Positions 19,693 to 29,599 of a DNA stretch of 64,000 bases are shown here, in pieces. This DNA is from an uncultured Chlamydiae bacterium (GTDB lineage Bacteria; Chlamydiota; Chlamydiia; Chlamydiales; JAJFMB01): NCBI GenBank assembly GCA_963696295.1, contig CAVOJR010000001.1, positions 672,001-736,000 of the forward strand, written 5' to 3'. Every line of letters begins with the position of its first letter. Positions within the stretch are counted from its first letter, which is position 1. The position numbers and the translations under genes are program-made. The notes below the pieces were generated by a model that ran no database searches, was not told the DNA's origin, and was given only the letters and a program-made list of their open reading frames with translations.

Positions 19693-20424
19693 ATGGATGT
19701 CGCCTACTTTCACTTCGACAGCATCGATTCTACAAATAATTGGGCCAAGCAAAATGCCCACCTGTTCCAGCCTGATCAATTGGTTTTGATCACCGCCGAT
19801 GAGCAAACGGCCGGCAGAGGGCGTTTCAAACGCACCTGGGTCTCCCCGGCGCAGCAAAACATCTACGCCACCTTCTGCTTCTTCGTTGATGCCAAGCGAA
19901 AAGATTTGGGAAACATCCCGCAAGTCTTAGCGCTCTCCTGCCTCGAAATGCTCGAGTTTTACCACTTCAATCCCACATTACGCTGGCCAAACGATCTCCT
20001 GCTCGAAGGAAAAAAAGTGGCCGGCATTCTCTGCGAAACGACCATGATTGAAGACCGCCTCTGCTTTATCGCCGGAATCGGCGTCAATGTGAATATGACC
20101 CTGACCTATCTCGAGGAGATCGACCGCCCCGCCACCTCAATGCAGATCGAGCAAGGGCGTCCTTTCAATCACTTGGAGGTGCTGAAGAGGCTGGAGGAGA
20201 CCTTTATGCGCGATCTAAAAACCTTTTTCAAAAAGGGTTTTGAGCCCTTTTTGCCCCTTTTCAGGGAGAAGATGGTTTTGCCGAAAAACAAACTGCTCCA
20301 CTTTCACGACAATCTCACCCTTTGGGAGGGCTACTTTGATTCGATCAATGAGGACGGCTCGCTCAACATCAAACTGCCGGACGGCGAAATCAAGCGCTTC
20401 ATCGCCGGCGAATTTTCGGTGTAA
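19693..20424 (+). CDS. birA: Biotin--[acetyl-CoA-carboxylase] ligase (no HTH domain)
   Basis: DSTN, QTAGRGR, RWPNDL, KKVAGILCE, GIGVNVN. Confidence 0.95.
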   Translation: MDVAYFHFDSIDSTNNWAKQNAHLFQPDQLVLITADEQTAGRGRFKRTWVSPAQQNIYATFCFFVDAKRKDLGNIPQVLALSCLEMLEFYHFNPTLRWPNDLLLEGKKVAGILCETTMIEDRLCFIAGIGVNVNMTLTYLEEIDRPATSMQIEQGRPFNHLEVLKRLEETFMRDLKTFFKKGFEPFLPLFREKMVLPKNKLLHFHDNLTLWEGYFDSINEDGSLNIKLPDGEIKRFIAGEFSV

Positions 20425-20560
20425 TCATTCAACCTCCGCTTTGCAAGTTGCCCGCTTGACGCATGCTCCAAATAATTTAAGCACCCTCTAAAAGGTTTTG
20501 GCAAAAGAGAAAATATATTCGTCTTTATAGAAAAATTATACTTTTTAAAGTATGATTTAT

Positions 20561-22069
20561 ATGCAGTCTATAAATTTTTTGCCTTCTTTTAAAGAATTGC
20601 ACACCTCTGCTGAAAAGAAATATCTTTACTCCAATGGAAGTGAAATTTCCATATTTTTTCTGCGCAAAGCGCCTAAAGGCTCATCACTGAGATAATCCGT
20701 AATATTTCGACTATTTTATCTTCAAATTGTCAAAAAAGCGATCTTGATGAAATGACTCTTTCGCTGAGCAAAATTAAGACAAATCACAATATTTACTGTT
20801 TTTTTATCTTCTCTTCTTAATCTTTATCGGGGATTTGGTTTTAAAGATTCATTGGTCTTAATCAACGAAACCTTGGCAAAAGTCAAAGCAGAGACCGACA
20901 AGAAACCAATAGCAGCCGCCCCAAAACCAGCGATTGATTTTGAAGTAAAAGGAAATCTTTTTAATGATAACACTCTATTAAAGAAAGTATTTACAGAAGA
21001 AAATATATCAAAATTACGGTCTTCTTCAAAAACAATATCCCTTGATGGAAAAGAGATAAATATCACCTATCACAACTCAAATTTTCCTGTGTTTGAATTG
21101 GAGACCTTTCCTGACATCATCTTCAAATTTAGTAACGCTAAAACACGGTTTGAAAACGAGCAAAAAGCTAAAAAGATCTGCGAAGAAAATAATTTAAATC
21201 TATTAATTGTGCCTGAGAGTTCTTTAATTCAACTGCCAGGGCATGACATCATTGCTGAAAAAAAATATCCCATAGAGCACGAAAATGAAAAACAAAGATG
21301 GCAATTCGAAAGGAAAGAGTGTCAGACTGAGGAAATAGTCAAACAGTTAACCCTTTTTATTTGTAAGACAAATTTTTCGGATGTCAAGTGGAACAATATT
21401 CCTTTGACAAACCAAAATGGTCTGAAAGTCGCACTCATTGATTTGGAAGATGACTTCGATAGTTTTGAAGCTCTTACCGGTCTTTGGGGAAGGGATTCTA
21501 CGTCTATTGGGTTAATCTACTGCTTTCCAAAATATGCCTCCACCATCTACTCAATCGCCGAACAACATCTTAAAGCAGACCTGACAACCCTTAAAAAATG
21601 GTGCGATACATTACAAAACAGATATGATCAAGAGTTCTCCCGGGAAAATGAGATTGTGCAATTTCATAAAGATCATGGGATTACCCGTGAATCCCTGCCG
21701 ATCCCCTCAAATACACCCTTAAAATTAGATAAGAAATCGTATGAGTGGAACGATCTCAAAGAGTCATTTATTCCAGATTTTATTACAGCTGTTAACAATA
21801 AAATCGCCAAACAAAAGGACGATCCTAATCTGGCACATGCGCGGGAATTGAAATTCACAACTTACCTTTCAGAAAATGAAGATGGTTCTTTTGATGAAGA
21901 TGATTGTTTGATTAGTAGAAACTTTTATCTGATAAAGGATAAAATTCTTCCGCAATTGAAGGAGTTAGGAATTGTTCATTCTATCCTCAACAGAGATGAA
22001 GCTCTAAATTTTAATGCAGATCTCAGACAAAGATTATATTACGATGATGATCTGATCGTCCAATTTTAG
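20561..22069 (+). CDS. AT-rich effector-like protein with kinase-like motifs; 5' part (20561-20851) frameshifted
   Basis: ORF 20852-22069 has IIFK, FSDVKWNNI and VALIDLE (kinase-fold-like). Upstream, MQSINFLPS.. at 20561 and an intermediate frame (LITEIIRNIST..) join through two shifts, one at the T run near 20800. Confidence 0.55.
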
Positions 22070-22193
22070 CTACAAATCGGACGTCACGGTCAGATTCAAA
22101 ATTAACATTTCTCCCTTTGGGAAGAATGCTTTGATTCGATCCATCAAGCTGCGTGAAATCAAGCGCTTCATCGCCGCCGAATTTTCGGTGTGA
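22070..22193. repeat. Juxtaposed copies of the nifU 3' end and the birA 3' end
   Basis: 22071-22097 matches 22873-22899 (26/27). 22155-22191 matches 20386-20422 (36/37). Further degraded birA pieces lie at about 22107-22152. Confidence 0.9.
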
Positions 22194-22607
22194 TTAATCT
22201 CTTGGCTTTTTCAAAAAGGGGGCAATTAGGGTTGCAAGACTGCTCCCGACGATTACACCCGCCACGATGGGTTCATGAATGCTAGCACAATAAACACTTC
22301 CAGCGATACCTGAAATTCCTAATACAAAAGCACAGAGCTGACCCATATGGCTCATAATAATGTTATGGTCTACAGTTTTTTTCTCAAGTTGACGGCGATG
22401 ATTTGCTTCAGCCTCTTCAATTTTACGACGGTGATTAGCTTCACCCTCAGCAAGTTCAAAAATCCTATTTGAAGCCCCTGGGAGGGTTCTTTCATATTTT
22501 TCGAAGGCCTCCGGAGGGGGAAGAGGTCCCGAATAAAGGGATGATGCTGTAGCAATTTGAATAGGTATCCCGTTTTTTTCGGGTGATTTAGTCTGTGTAG
22601 TTGTCAT
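22194..22607 (-). CDS. DUF2335 family membrane protein
   Basis: YSGPLPPPEAFEKYERTLPGASNRIFELAE.E..HR signature plus two C-terminal TM segments. Confidence 0.85.
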   Translation of the reverse strand: MTTTQTKSPEKNGIPIQIATASSLYSGPLPPPEAFEKYERTLPGASNRIFELAEGEANHRRKIEEAEANHRRQLEKKTVDHNIIMSHMGQLCAFVLGISGIAGSVYCASIHEPIVAGVIVGSSLATLIAPFLKKPRD

Positions 22608-22812
22608 ATTTCCTTATGGATTTTTCCAAATCCTTTCCTATTTTATGCCAATCTTTACCCAAAGCATTATAATCAATTTCCATAGAATTATTAAATGATT
22701 CAATTTTTGGGATAAAGTCAATTTCAGGTCTTAAATTTAATGATGAATATCCCTTTAAAAAACTATCCAGAATATTTTTGCTTACTAATGACATAATGGA
22801 CCCCTTTTTCAC
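22588..22812 (-). CDS. Small hypothetical protein upstream of DUF2335
   Basis: Overlaps the DUF2335 start; ALGKDWHKIGKDL motif resembles small genes that precede DUF2335; AT-rich. Confidence 0.6.
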   Translation of the reverse strand: MKKGSIMSLVSKNILDSFLKGYSSLNLRPEIDFIPKIESFNNSMEIDYNALGKDWHKIGKDLEKSIRKYDNYTD

Positions 22813-22871
22813 TCATACTAGCTTTTCAGAGCAAAATGGTCAATTAAAGATATTTATTGAATTGATTCCTT

Positions 22872-23645
22872 TTACAAATCGGGCGTCACGGTCAGATTCG
22901 GATGCACCTGGGAGCGCAGCACCTGCTGTATGTAGGAAAGGGTCGTCCCGACCGAGGAGAAGCAGGAGGTGCAGTTCCCCTGATAGGTGATGATCACCTC
23001 GTAAGGCGTTTTGATCTCCTTGATGTCCACGCCGCCGCCATCGAGTGCGATATAGGGGCGGATATCCCGGTCGAGGATCTCCTCTAATATGCCCCGGCGC
23101 TCAGGCGTTGAGAGCCCTTCCCAGCCGGGATAGCCGCCGGTCGCCGCCTGCCGCATGTCGTAAGGGACGGGTGGGGCGAGATAGGTCTCGGGAATGGGGA
23201 TGTCTTCGCATTGGCTGCACGCCTCCTCCAGAGCCTCGATCACGAGGTTCAGGTGGCCGTAAGTCTCTTTGGGGAAGGCGGGCTCGGCGGGATGGTCGCG
23301 CAGCTGCTTGTCGAGCAGATCGGCGCTGATCCGCTTAGCCTGGAGGTAGTTCTTGCCGACGCAAAATTCGCAGGCGGCTTCGGCCGCGCCGATCAGGGCC
23401 GACTGCCCATAGACCTGAAACTTGGCATCCACAATAACCCCATCCTCGGGATCGACAAACCAATAGAAGCAGACGGCGTTGCCATCCTCAACCGATCCGC
23501 TCTTCCCTTCCACATAGCGCACGGAGCGCTCTTTGGCGTTCTCCTCAGTGAAAAAGCCGCTGTTTTTGGGCTTTAAGATTTTCTCTTTCAGCTTTTTGCT
23601 ATAACGCGTCCAGGGAAATGGGGTCAGAAGGTCTTTAAAACTCAT
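22872..23645 (-). CDS. nifU: NifU-family Fe-S scaffold protein (IscU-like N-terminus plus NifU-C domain)
   Basis: IVDAKFQVYG, IRPYIALDGGGV, YQGNCTSC. Confidence 0.9.
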   Translation of the reverse strand: MSFKDLLTPFPWTRYSKKLKEKILKPKNSGFFTEENAKERSVRYVEGKSGSVEDGNAVCFYWFVDPEDGVIVDAKFQVYGQSALIGAAEAACEFCVGKNYLQAKRISADLLDKQLRDHPAEPAFPKETYGHLNLVIEALEEACSQCEDIPIPETYLAPPVPYDMRQAATGGYPGWEGLSTPERRGILEEILDRDIRPYIALDGGGVDIKEIKTPYEVIITYQGNCTSCFSSVGTTLSYIQQVLRSQVHPNLTVTPDL

Positions 23646-24808
23646 GCGGGCCTCTCCAGCAGGTGTGCGGATGTTTTAGCCAGTTTCCGGGCGGCGTCGA
23701 TGGTGATCTCGGCCGCTTTGTCGATCTCGTCTTCGTTCGTCTCGCGCGAGAGGCAAAAGCTGATCGCCGTCTGCGCCAAAGTCTCGGGAACGCCCGACGC
23801 CTGTAAAATGAGGGAGAGCTTCTGGCTCACTCCCCCGCCGATGCTCGCATACACGCCGTTTTGATTGAGCATGTAGAGCAGCGCTTCATTCACCACTCCC
23901 GGGAAACCGATCGCTGTGATATGGGGGAGGCGGTTCGATTCCTTGAAGAAAACAGTCGCTTGGGGAAATCCCTCTTTGATCTTTTTCTCCAGCCGGTCTC
24001 TGAGGCGGGCGGTCTCCGTGCAGATGAGGTCGCGGCACTCGAGAAGCTCCTGCGCCGCTACGCCCAGGGCGGCGAGCGAGGCGACATCGAGATGCCCGGC
24101 GCGCATCGAAGCCTGGTCGAGGCCGCCGACGATAAAGGGAGAGTGTTTCACCCCTTTCCTGATCAGAAGACCGCCCGTGCCTTTCGGCGCATGCAGGTGA
24201 TCGCCATTGAAAGTGACGAAATCGGCAGTCACTTCATCAAATAATTTGCCGAGCGTATGGGTCGCATCGAGGTGCAAAAGCACCCCCCGTTCCTGACAGG
24301 CCTCGGCTATGTCGGCGACGGGATTGATCACCCCGGTCAAGCCGTTGGCATAGGAGAGGGAAACCAGGGCCGTTTTTGGGGTGAGCGCTCCGGTCAGGGC
24401 CTTTTCTGTGAGAAAGCCGCCCGGCCCGGCCTCGGCCATTTTGCCGACGCACCCTAGCTGCTCCAGCCGGCTGATCGACATCATGGCCGGCGCCTCGTCG
24501 ATCGTCGAAGTGACAAACTGATTTTTCCCGGTAGTGCGCGCCACTTCGAGGTAAGTGGAGAGGAGGACGTGGTTGACCGCTTCCGGACCCGATGAGGTGA
24601 AGACAAAATGGTCCTCCTCATTCGCTCCTAAAAGCGCGTAGATCTCCCGATAGCTCTCCTCCATGATTGAGAAAAGCTCCTGCCCCTTCTGATGGGGAGC
24701 GGTGGGAACGCCCCAATAATCGGTCAGGTAGGGAAGCATCTTGGCTATCGCCCGCTCGGAGGGGCGCGTGGTCGTGCCGTTATCGAGATAAATCTTTTTC
24801 TTTTTCAC
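23642..24808 (-). CDS. NifS/IscS-like class V aminotransferase with degenerate catalytic motifs
   Basis: IYLDNGTTT, FTSSGPEA, LHLDATH, APKGTGGL; the expected HK is DHL and SSGSAC is SIGGGV; probable GTG start at 24808. Confidence 0.85.
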   Translation of the reverse strand: MKKKKIYLDNGTTTRPSERAIAKMLPYLTDYWGVPTAPHQKGQELFSIMEESYREIYALLGANEEDHFVFTSSGPEAVNHVLLSTYLEVARTTGKNQFVTSTIDEAPAMMSISRLEQLGCVGKMAEAGPGGFLTEKALTGALTPKTALVSLSYANGLTGVINPVADIAEACQERGVLLHLDATHTLGKLFDEVTADFVTFNGDHLHAPKGTGGLLIRKGVKHSPFIVGGLDQASMRAGHLDVASLAALGVAAQELLECRDLICTETARLRDRLEKKIKEGFPQATVFFKESNRLPHITAIGFPGVVNEALLYMLNQNGVYASIGGGVSQKLSLILQASGVPETLAQTAISFCLSRETNEDEIDKAAEITIDAARKLAKTSAHLLERPA

Positions 24809-25469
24809 GTATGAATTTTCCGTCGACATAATCGTAAATAATCGGCACCCCGGTAGGGATTTCGAGATGCAGCACTTCCTCTTCGCTTAAATGATCCAGG
24901 TCCATAATAATCGAACGCAAAGAGTTACCATGCGCCGAGACTAAAACAGTATACCCTTCTTGCAACATTGGGACAATCTTTTCTTCAAAGTAGGGAATGG
25001 ACCGTTCGGCGGTCATCTTAAGGCTCTCTCCATGCGGCGGCGGGGTGTCGTAGCTGCGGCGCCACAATTTCACCTGTTCGGCTCCGAATTTCTCTGCGGT
25101 TTCCGCTTTGTTGAGCCCCTGCAACTCCCCGTACATCCGCTCATTGAGCTCCCAGCAGCGGATCACCGGAATAGTCTTGGCTGACGCGCTGTAAATCCGG
25201 CCCCACTCCTCCAGCTTGCCCTCCCCGTCGTGCAATACGACCGGCACTTTGCCCGAGCTATGCCCGATCATGGCGAGCATCGCGGTCATTTGCGCGCGAA
25301 TGAGTGTCGTGGCGACGATAATATCTATAGGAATATTTTTGATCCGTTTGCCGGCTTCGAACGCCTCTTCCACCCCTTTTTCCGACAAAGGTATGTCTAC
25401 CCAGCCGGTGAAAAGATTCTGTTTGTTCCATTCCGACTGCCCGTGGCGCAATAAAATCAATTTATTCAT
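24780..25469 (-). CDS. gpmA: 2,3-bisphosphoglycerate-dependent phosphoglycerate mutase
   Basis: LLRHGQSEWN, LNERMYGELQG, WRRSYD, AHGNSLR. Confidence 0.97.
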   Translation of the reverse strand: MNKLILLRHGQSEWNKQNLFTGWVDIPLSEKGVEEAFEAGKRIKNIPIDIIVATTLIRAQMTAMLAMIGHSSGKVPVVLHDGEGKLEEWGRIYSASAKTIPVIRCWELNERMYGELQGLNKAETAEKFGAEQVKLWRRSYDTPPPHGESLKMTAERSIPYFEEKIVPMLQEGYTVLVSAHGNSLRSIIMDLDHLSEEEVLHLEIPTGVPIIYDYVDGKFIREKEKDLSR

Positions 25470-25581
25470 ATAGATCCTATTTTGAGCGAAGTATAACCCT
25501 TCATTAAGATTTTATAAAGAAAAAAACTGTTTGTTTTTATCTTCAAAACGATTATTATAGACTTCCTTCAGGAGGATTCTT

Positions 25582-26295
25582 ATGGAAAAACAACGACTCA
25601 ACAAAACACTCGCAGCAGCCGGAATCGCCTCGCGCCGGGCCTCCGAAGAAATGATTTTTGCCGGAAAGGTCTCCATCAATGGACAAGTGGTCGTAGAACC
25701 GCAAACTCTGGTCGATATCCATAAAGACAAAATTAAAGTCGACGGCAAACTCATCTCTTTGGAAAAAAAAGTTTATTTCATCCTGAACAAGCCGGCCGGC
25801 TACACCTGCACCGCCAAGGCGGGGCAAAAATCGCGCATTGTCCTCGATCTCTTTGCCGGCATCGATCAGCGCCTCTTCACCATCGGCAGGCTCGATAAAG
25901 ACACGCAAGGCCTTCTGATTGTCACCAACGACGGAGATTACGCCCAGCAAGTGATCCACCCTTCCGCTAATATCGAAAAGGAATACGTCGCCAAAACCGA
26001 TTACGAGATCACCGATCAGCACCTGAAATTGATTTCGAAAGGGACAGTGGTGGAAGGAAAATTCGTCAAGCCCGTCCAAGTCAAAAAAGTGCGGAAAGGC
26101 ACCGTTAAAATCACGGTGATGGAAGGAAAAAAAAGAGAAGTGCGCGAACTCGTCAACGCCGCCGGCCTTAAGGTGCGGGAACTGACCCGCGTGCGCATCG
26201 GCAGCCTCCTCTTAAACCGTTTGCCGGTAGGCTACTTTAGAGAAATGTCGGAAAGAGAAAAACAGCTCCCATTGATGAGGAAGCAAAGTGGTTGA
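25582..26295 (+). CDS. RsuA/RluB-family pseudouridine synthase with S4 domain
   Basis: RLNKTLA..G.ASRR, LNKPAG, IGRLDKDTQGLL, EGKKREVR. Confidence 0.93.
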   Translation: MEKQRLNKTLAAAGIASRRASEEMIFAGKVSINGQVVVEPQTLVDIHKDKIKVDGKLISLEKKVYFILNKPAGYTCTAKAGQKSRIVLDLFAGIDQRLFTIGRLDKDTQGLLIVTNDGDYAQQVIHPSANIEKEYVAKTDYEITDQHLKLISKGTVVEGKFVKPVQVKKVRKGTVKITVMEGKKREVRELVNAAGLKVRELTRVRIGSLLLNRLPVGYFREMSEREKQLPLMRKQSG

Positions 26296-27841
26296 ATATC
26301 GGGAATCGTGTCGACGGCTTCAGGAAGCTATCGCCTCTTTAAACCAGTATATTCAAAAATCACAGAAAACTCTCACCAAATTCTCCCGCGTTCTGTTATC
26401 CAAACTCATTTTCAGCCGCAAAACGGAAGAAGAACCCATATTACAAGCCATCGACGAGATCAAAAGCCATCGCTGGCTGATCCATCAGCTGCAGCTAGGC
26501 ACGGCGGAGCAAAAAAAACTCGCTGAGTCGGTCATGAGCACCATCTCCAAATATAATGAAATTGCGACCACCCTCAACCAGAAGAGCAGGCTCTGGCAGC
26601 GGCATCTCCCCAAATTTCTTAAAAAAAAGATACCATTCCCCGTCTTTCCGACCAGCCACCCCATCGAACTATCCCTGCCGGTCACTGTCCTGCATCAATC
26701 GCACGAACTCGTCCAGAAAACCGCAGGAACCTCCGACGCCCTTTCCGCCTCTTTGCTGACCTTGGAGGAGAAGAACGCCTTCTGGATGAAAGGGATCACT
26801 TTGCTAAAAGAAGCGGGAAACCCCTATCTGACTATTGCGAGAACCCAAAAAGAGGTATTGAACGCCCCGATCACTATCCATGTCGATACCTTGTCAAAGA
26901 AGATGTCTCTCTCGACCATTCTCACGCCTCTCCCCGGAGAAAGCTACCTCTTTAAAGGCTCGTTTAAATGCCTGCCGGGAGGAAAGCGGAGCTTGCCTCT
27001 TGGAAAAAGTTTTGAGATCACCACCCATGCCATCCAGACCGCCTTTCCCGATCCCCTGCAATACTTAGGGTGTTTCGGCAACGCCCTGATCCCTCCCTGC
27101 CCTCATCGGGTGCAAGAGGCGCCCCTCCTCGCACACATCCTGGAAAAAAAGCTAAATATCGCAAACGCGCTGCTTCCTCACGGGGAATACAACCCGACCG
27201 CCAAAGAGCAGCTCGAGCAGAAAAAAGCCCTCTTCAACCGGCATCGAAAAGAGCTTCTGCCGCTGCACCAAAGGCTCATAGAGCACCTGGTCAACGACCC
27301 GCAAAAACTCTTTTTCCAGCACCTGTACGAACGTGAAGACGCCCTGGAACAACTGGCCGATGTCTACCGGCAATTTGTGCATCTTTTCATCGACGCCCCT
27401 TTCCACCATTGGCAAGAAAAATGGCTCCAAAACCACAGCGCCTCCCCGATTTTTTTGTCCGACGCTCTGCAAAATCTAAAAAAAGAGAATCATCAGGATC
27501 CCTTTGAGAGGGCAAAAGCTGAATTTCTGATGGGAATGGGAGAAGTTTTGAGCGCCCCATGCCACACGCTTTTGATGCAGCACCTCTCAGAGAATCTGAA
27601 AATTTGTCCGCCGGAACTGAAGCCCTTTGAGAAAAAACTTCAGCAGCTGCTCTATCGGCAACTCCTGACATTTTTCCATGAGCTCGAAGAAAAAAAAGAG
27701 ATCACACTCGAATGGCTTAAAACCCATATGGAAGCTGAAATCGCCCTGTTCGCAACGCCCGGCAGCGATGCGCTGACTCAGGAGGCAGCCGGTATTTGCG
27801 AACACCTCAAGAACTACTTTTACTCCAGACATTTCAGATGA
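26288..27841 (+). CDS. Hypothetical protein (517 aa)
   Basis: Long ORF overlapping both neighbours in operon fashion; no motif recognised. Confidence 0.7.
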   Translation: MVEYRESCRRLQEAIASLNQYIQKSQKTLTKFSRVLLSKLIFSRKTEEEPILQAIDEIKSHRWLIHQLQLGTAEQKKLAESVMSTISKYNEIATTLNQKSRLWQRHLPKFLKKKIPFPVFPTSHPIELSLPVTVLHQSHELVQKTAGTSDALSASLLTLEEKNAFWMKGITLLKEAGNPYLTIARTQKEVLNAPITIHVDTLSKKMSLSTILTPLPGESYLFKGSFKCLPGGKRSLPLGKSFEITTHAIQTAFPDPLQYLGCFGNALIPPCPHRVQEAPLLAHILEKKLNIANALLPHGEYNPTAKEQLEQKKALFNRHRKELLPLHQRLIEHLVNDPQKLFFQHLYEREDALEQLADVYRQFVHLFIDAPFHHWQEKWLQNHSASPIFLSDALQNLKKENHQDPFERAKAEFLMGMGEVLSAPCHTLLMQHLSENLKICPPELKPFEKKLQQLLYRQLLTFFHELEEKKEITLEWLKTHMEAEIALFATPGSDALTQEAAGICEHLKNYFYSRHFR

Positions 27842-28305
27842 TAGTCCCTCTCACAGAAATACCCTACCGGGATGCCTTTGCGGCCGTCGCGAGGATCGAT
27901 CAATCCCAGTCAGAGTCGAAAATGTGTTCTTCCTCCGCTCTAAAGAATAACCCCAAAAATATGGTGTTGCTTGCCAAAGTAAATGAGCAATACGTTGGGT
28001 ATATCATCGCAAAACCCGATTATTTTCATGCCTCTGATGCGCGCATTTCACTTTTCGCCGTGGAACGCTCCTTTCAACGGCAGCAAGTAGGCACAAAGCT
28101 GATGGAGGAGGCGATCGATAAAGTGAAGAAAGCGGGCTTTTCTCGGCTTCACATCAACTGCCGCGAAAATGCGGCTCCATTTTATGAGAAGTTCGCAAAG
28201 AGGCATCAGCTGCCTTTTTCCAGGAAACAGGAAGGTTTTTATGGAAATGGGGATAAACAATTCCACTTCGTTTATCAAATTTTAAGCGACTCGAGCTTCT
28301 CATAA
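27838..28305 (+). CDS. GNAT-family N-acetyltransferase
   Basis: FAVERSFQRQQVGTKLM motif A; N....AAPFYEK motif B; ATGA overlap with the upstream stop. Confidence 0.85.
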   Translation: MIVPLTEIPYRDAFAAVARIDQSQSESKMCSSSALKNNPKNMVLLAKVNEQYVGYIIAKPDYFHASDARISLFAVERSFQRQQVGTKLMEEAIDKVKKAGFSRLHINCRENAAPFYEKFAKRHQLPFSRKQEGFYGNGDKQFHFVYQILSDSSFS

Positions 28306-29483
28306 CGGCTGTAGGCGAACATCCGCTCAGTCGCCGCCAGGCTGAGCAAGCCCCCAACCGCCAAAGTCAGCATGGGATCGAAATAGACGCAGATCAGACT
28401 GCCGATAGCCGGGACAATGGCGCCCCGCACTCCGACGGCCAGGATATTCACATTCGAATAATGGATGCTCTCTTCCTGCTTCGCAAATATCATGCCCGAA
28501 AGATTCCAGCTAAGCTCGCTGCCCGCCTGCATGATGCCGTAGGCGATATAAGCCGCATAGAGCCAAATAATGTGGACTTTGGCATAAAAAAGAATTACAG
28601 GGAAAAGACAGGCAAAGAGAGTGACAAAGCCGCTATAACGATAAATATCGATCCGGTTGATCAGCTTCGTCCATGTCTTCGTGCTTAAGGCAAAGCCGAT
28701 CCCTTTAAAGATCGCAAGAGCCGTCGTGAGTTCGGTGTAGTTCAAATCTAAAATATCGGCGAAAAAAATCGGCAGCGCGGGCTGCATCAGCACAAGCCCC
28801 ATGCCCCCCAGCATAAATCCCACCTGGAACCTGCGGTAGTCGCGCCGCCGCTGCAAAATCTTCCATGAGTCAATCCAAGGCTGAAGCAGCTGATGCCCCT
28901 CTTTCTCTTTTTGTATGGAGATATTTTGGATCGGTATGCGCAGCTGAAACAGGATCGAAAGAAACGAAAGGGCGGCCGTGACCACAAACACCCACCGCCA
29001 GGCCTCGTGAAAGCTGTCTAAAAACAGGCCCAAACCAAGCGCCACTATCCCATTGCCCAAGTAACCGCAAAGGGAAGCGTTGGCAAACACCCGTTCCCGC
29101 TCGACAGAGGGCAGATTGCGCTTTAAAATCTCCATCCAGGCGGGCACCACGCCTCTTGCCAGCATCATATAGAGGGCAAAAGAGGCTATAAAGAACCAGG
29201 GGCTGTCAAAAAACGGGCAAAACAGGAAAGGCAAATGGCCGAGGATGCCCGCGAAGATGATATTGCGCACCAAAAGATCGGGCCGGCTCGCGATGGCCGC
29301 GCTCCAGTAAATGGATAAAATGGAAACCATCGGTTTGAGCGCGAGAATCAATACGAGCTGAAAAGGGGTGGCTCCGAGATTTTTATGGAGAATAAAAGGA
29401 AGCAGGTTGTAGATCGCCCAAAAGGGAGCGCCCAAAATACGGGTCCACATATAAGCGGAAGTAGTCAGCAACTCTTTCTTCAT
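28275..29483 (-). CDS. MFS transporter
   Basis: About 12 hydrophobic segments with a central hydrophilic loop; probable start MKKELL at 29483. Confidence 0.85.
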   Translation of the reverse strand: MKKELLTTSAYMWTRILGAPFWAIYNLLPFILHKNLGATPFQLVLILALKPMVSILSIYWSAAIASRPDLLVRNIIFAGILGHLPFLFCPFFDSPWFFIASFALYMMLARGVVPAWMEILKRNLPSVERERVFANASLCGYLGNGIVALGLGLFLDSFHEAWRWVFVVTAALSFLSILFQLRIPIQNISIQKEKEGHQLLQPWIDSWKILQRRRDYRRFQVGFMLGGMGLVLMQPALPIFFADILDLNYTELTTALAIFKGIGFALSTKTWTKLINRIDIYRYSGFVTLFACLFPVILFYAKVHIIWLYAAYIAYGIMQAGSELSWNLSGMIFAKQEESIHYSNVNILAVGVRGAIVPAIGSLICVYFDPMLTLAVGGLLSLAATERMFAYSRYEKLESLKI

Positions 29484-29493
29484 AATTATCTTA

Positions 29494-29565
29494 TCTCGAG
29501 TTTGTACAATTTTTAAACTCATCTTCCGAGAGGAGGCTTCGTTCAAAAATTGTACAAAGTCGATA
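29494..29565. repeat. Short palindromic element, same family as 16420-16567
   Basis: TCGAGTTTGTACAATTTTTAAAC (29496-29518) and GTTCAAAAATTGTACAAAGTCGA (29541-29563) form a 23-bp inverted repeat. Confidence 0.75.
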
Positions 29566-29599
29566 TTATAATAACAAAAAAGATAAAATTACTCCATAA

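Noticed and set aside
22194..22812. Prophage inferred from DUF2335
   Set aside because: No integrase, structural or replication genes; only a two-gene cargo.
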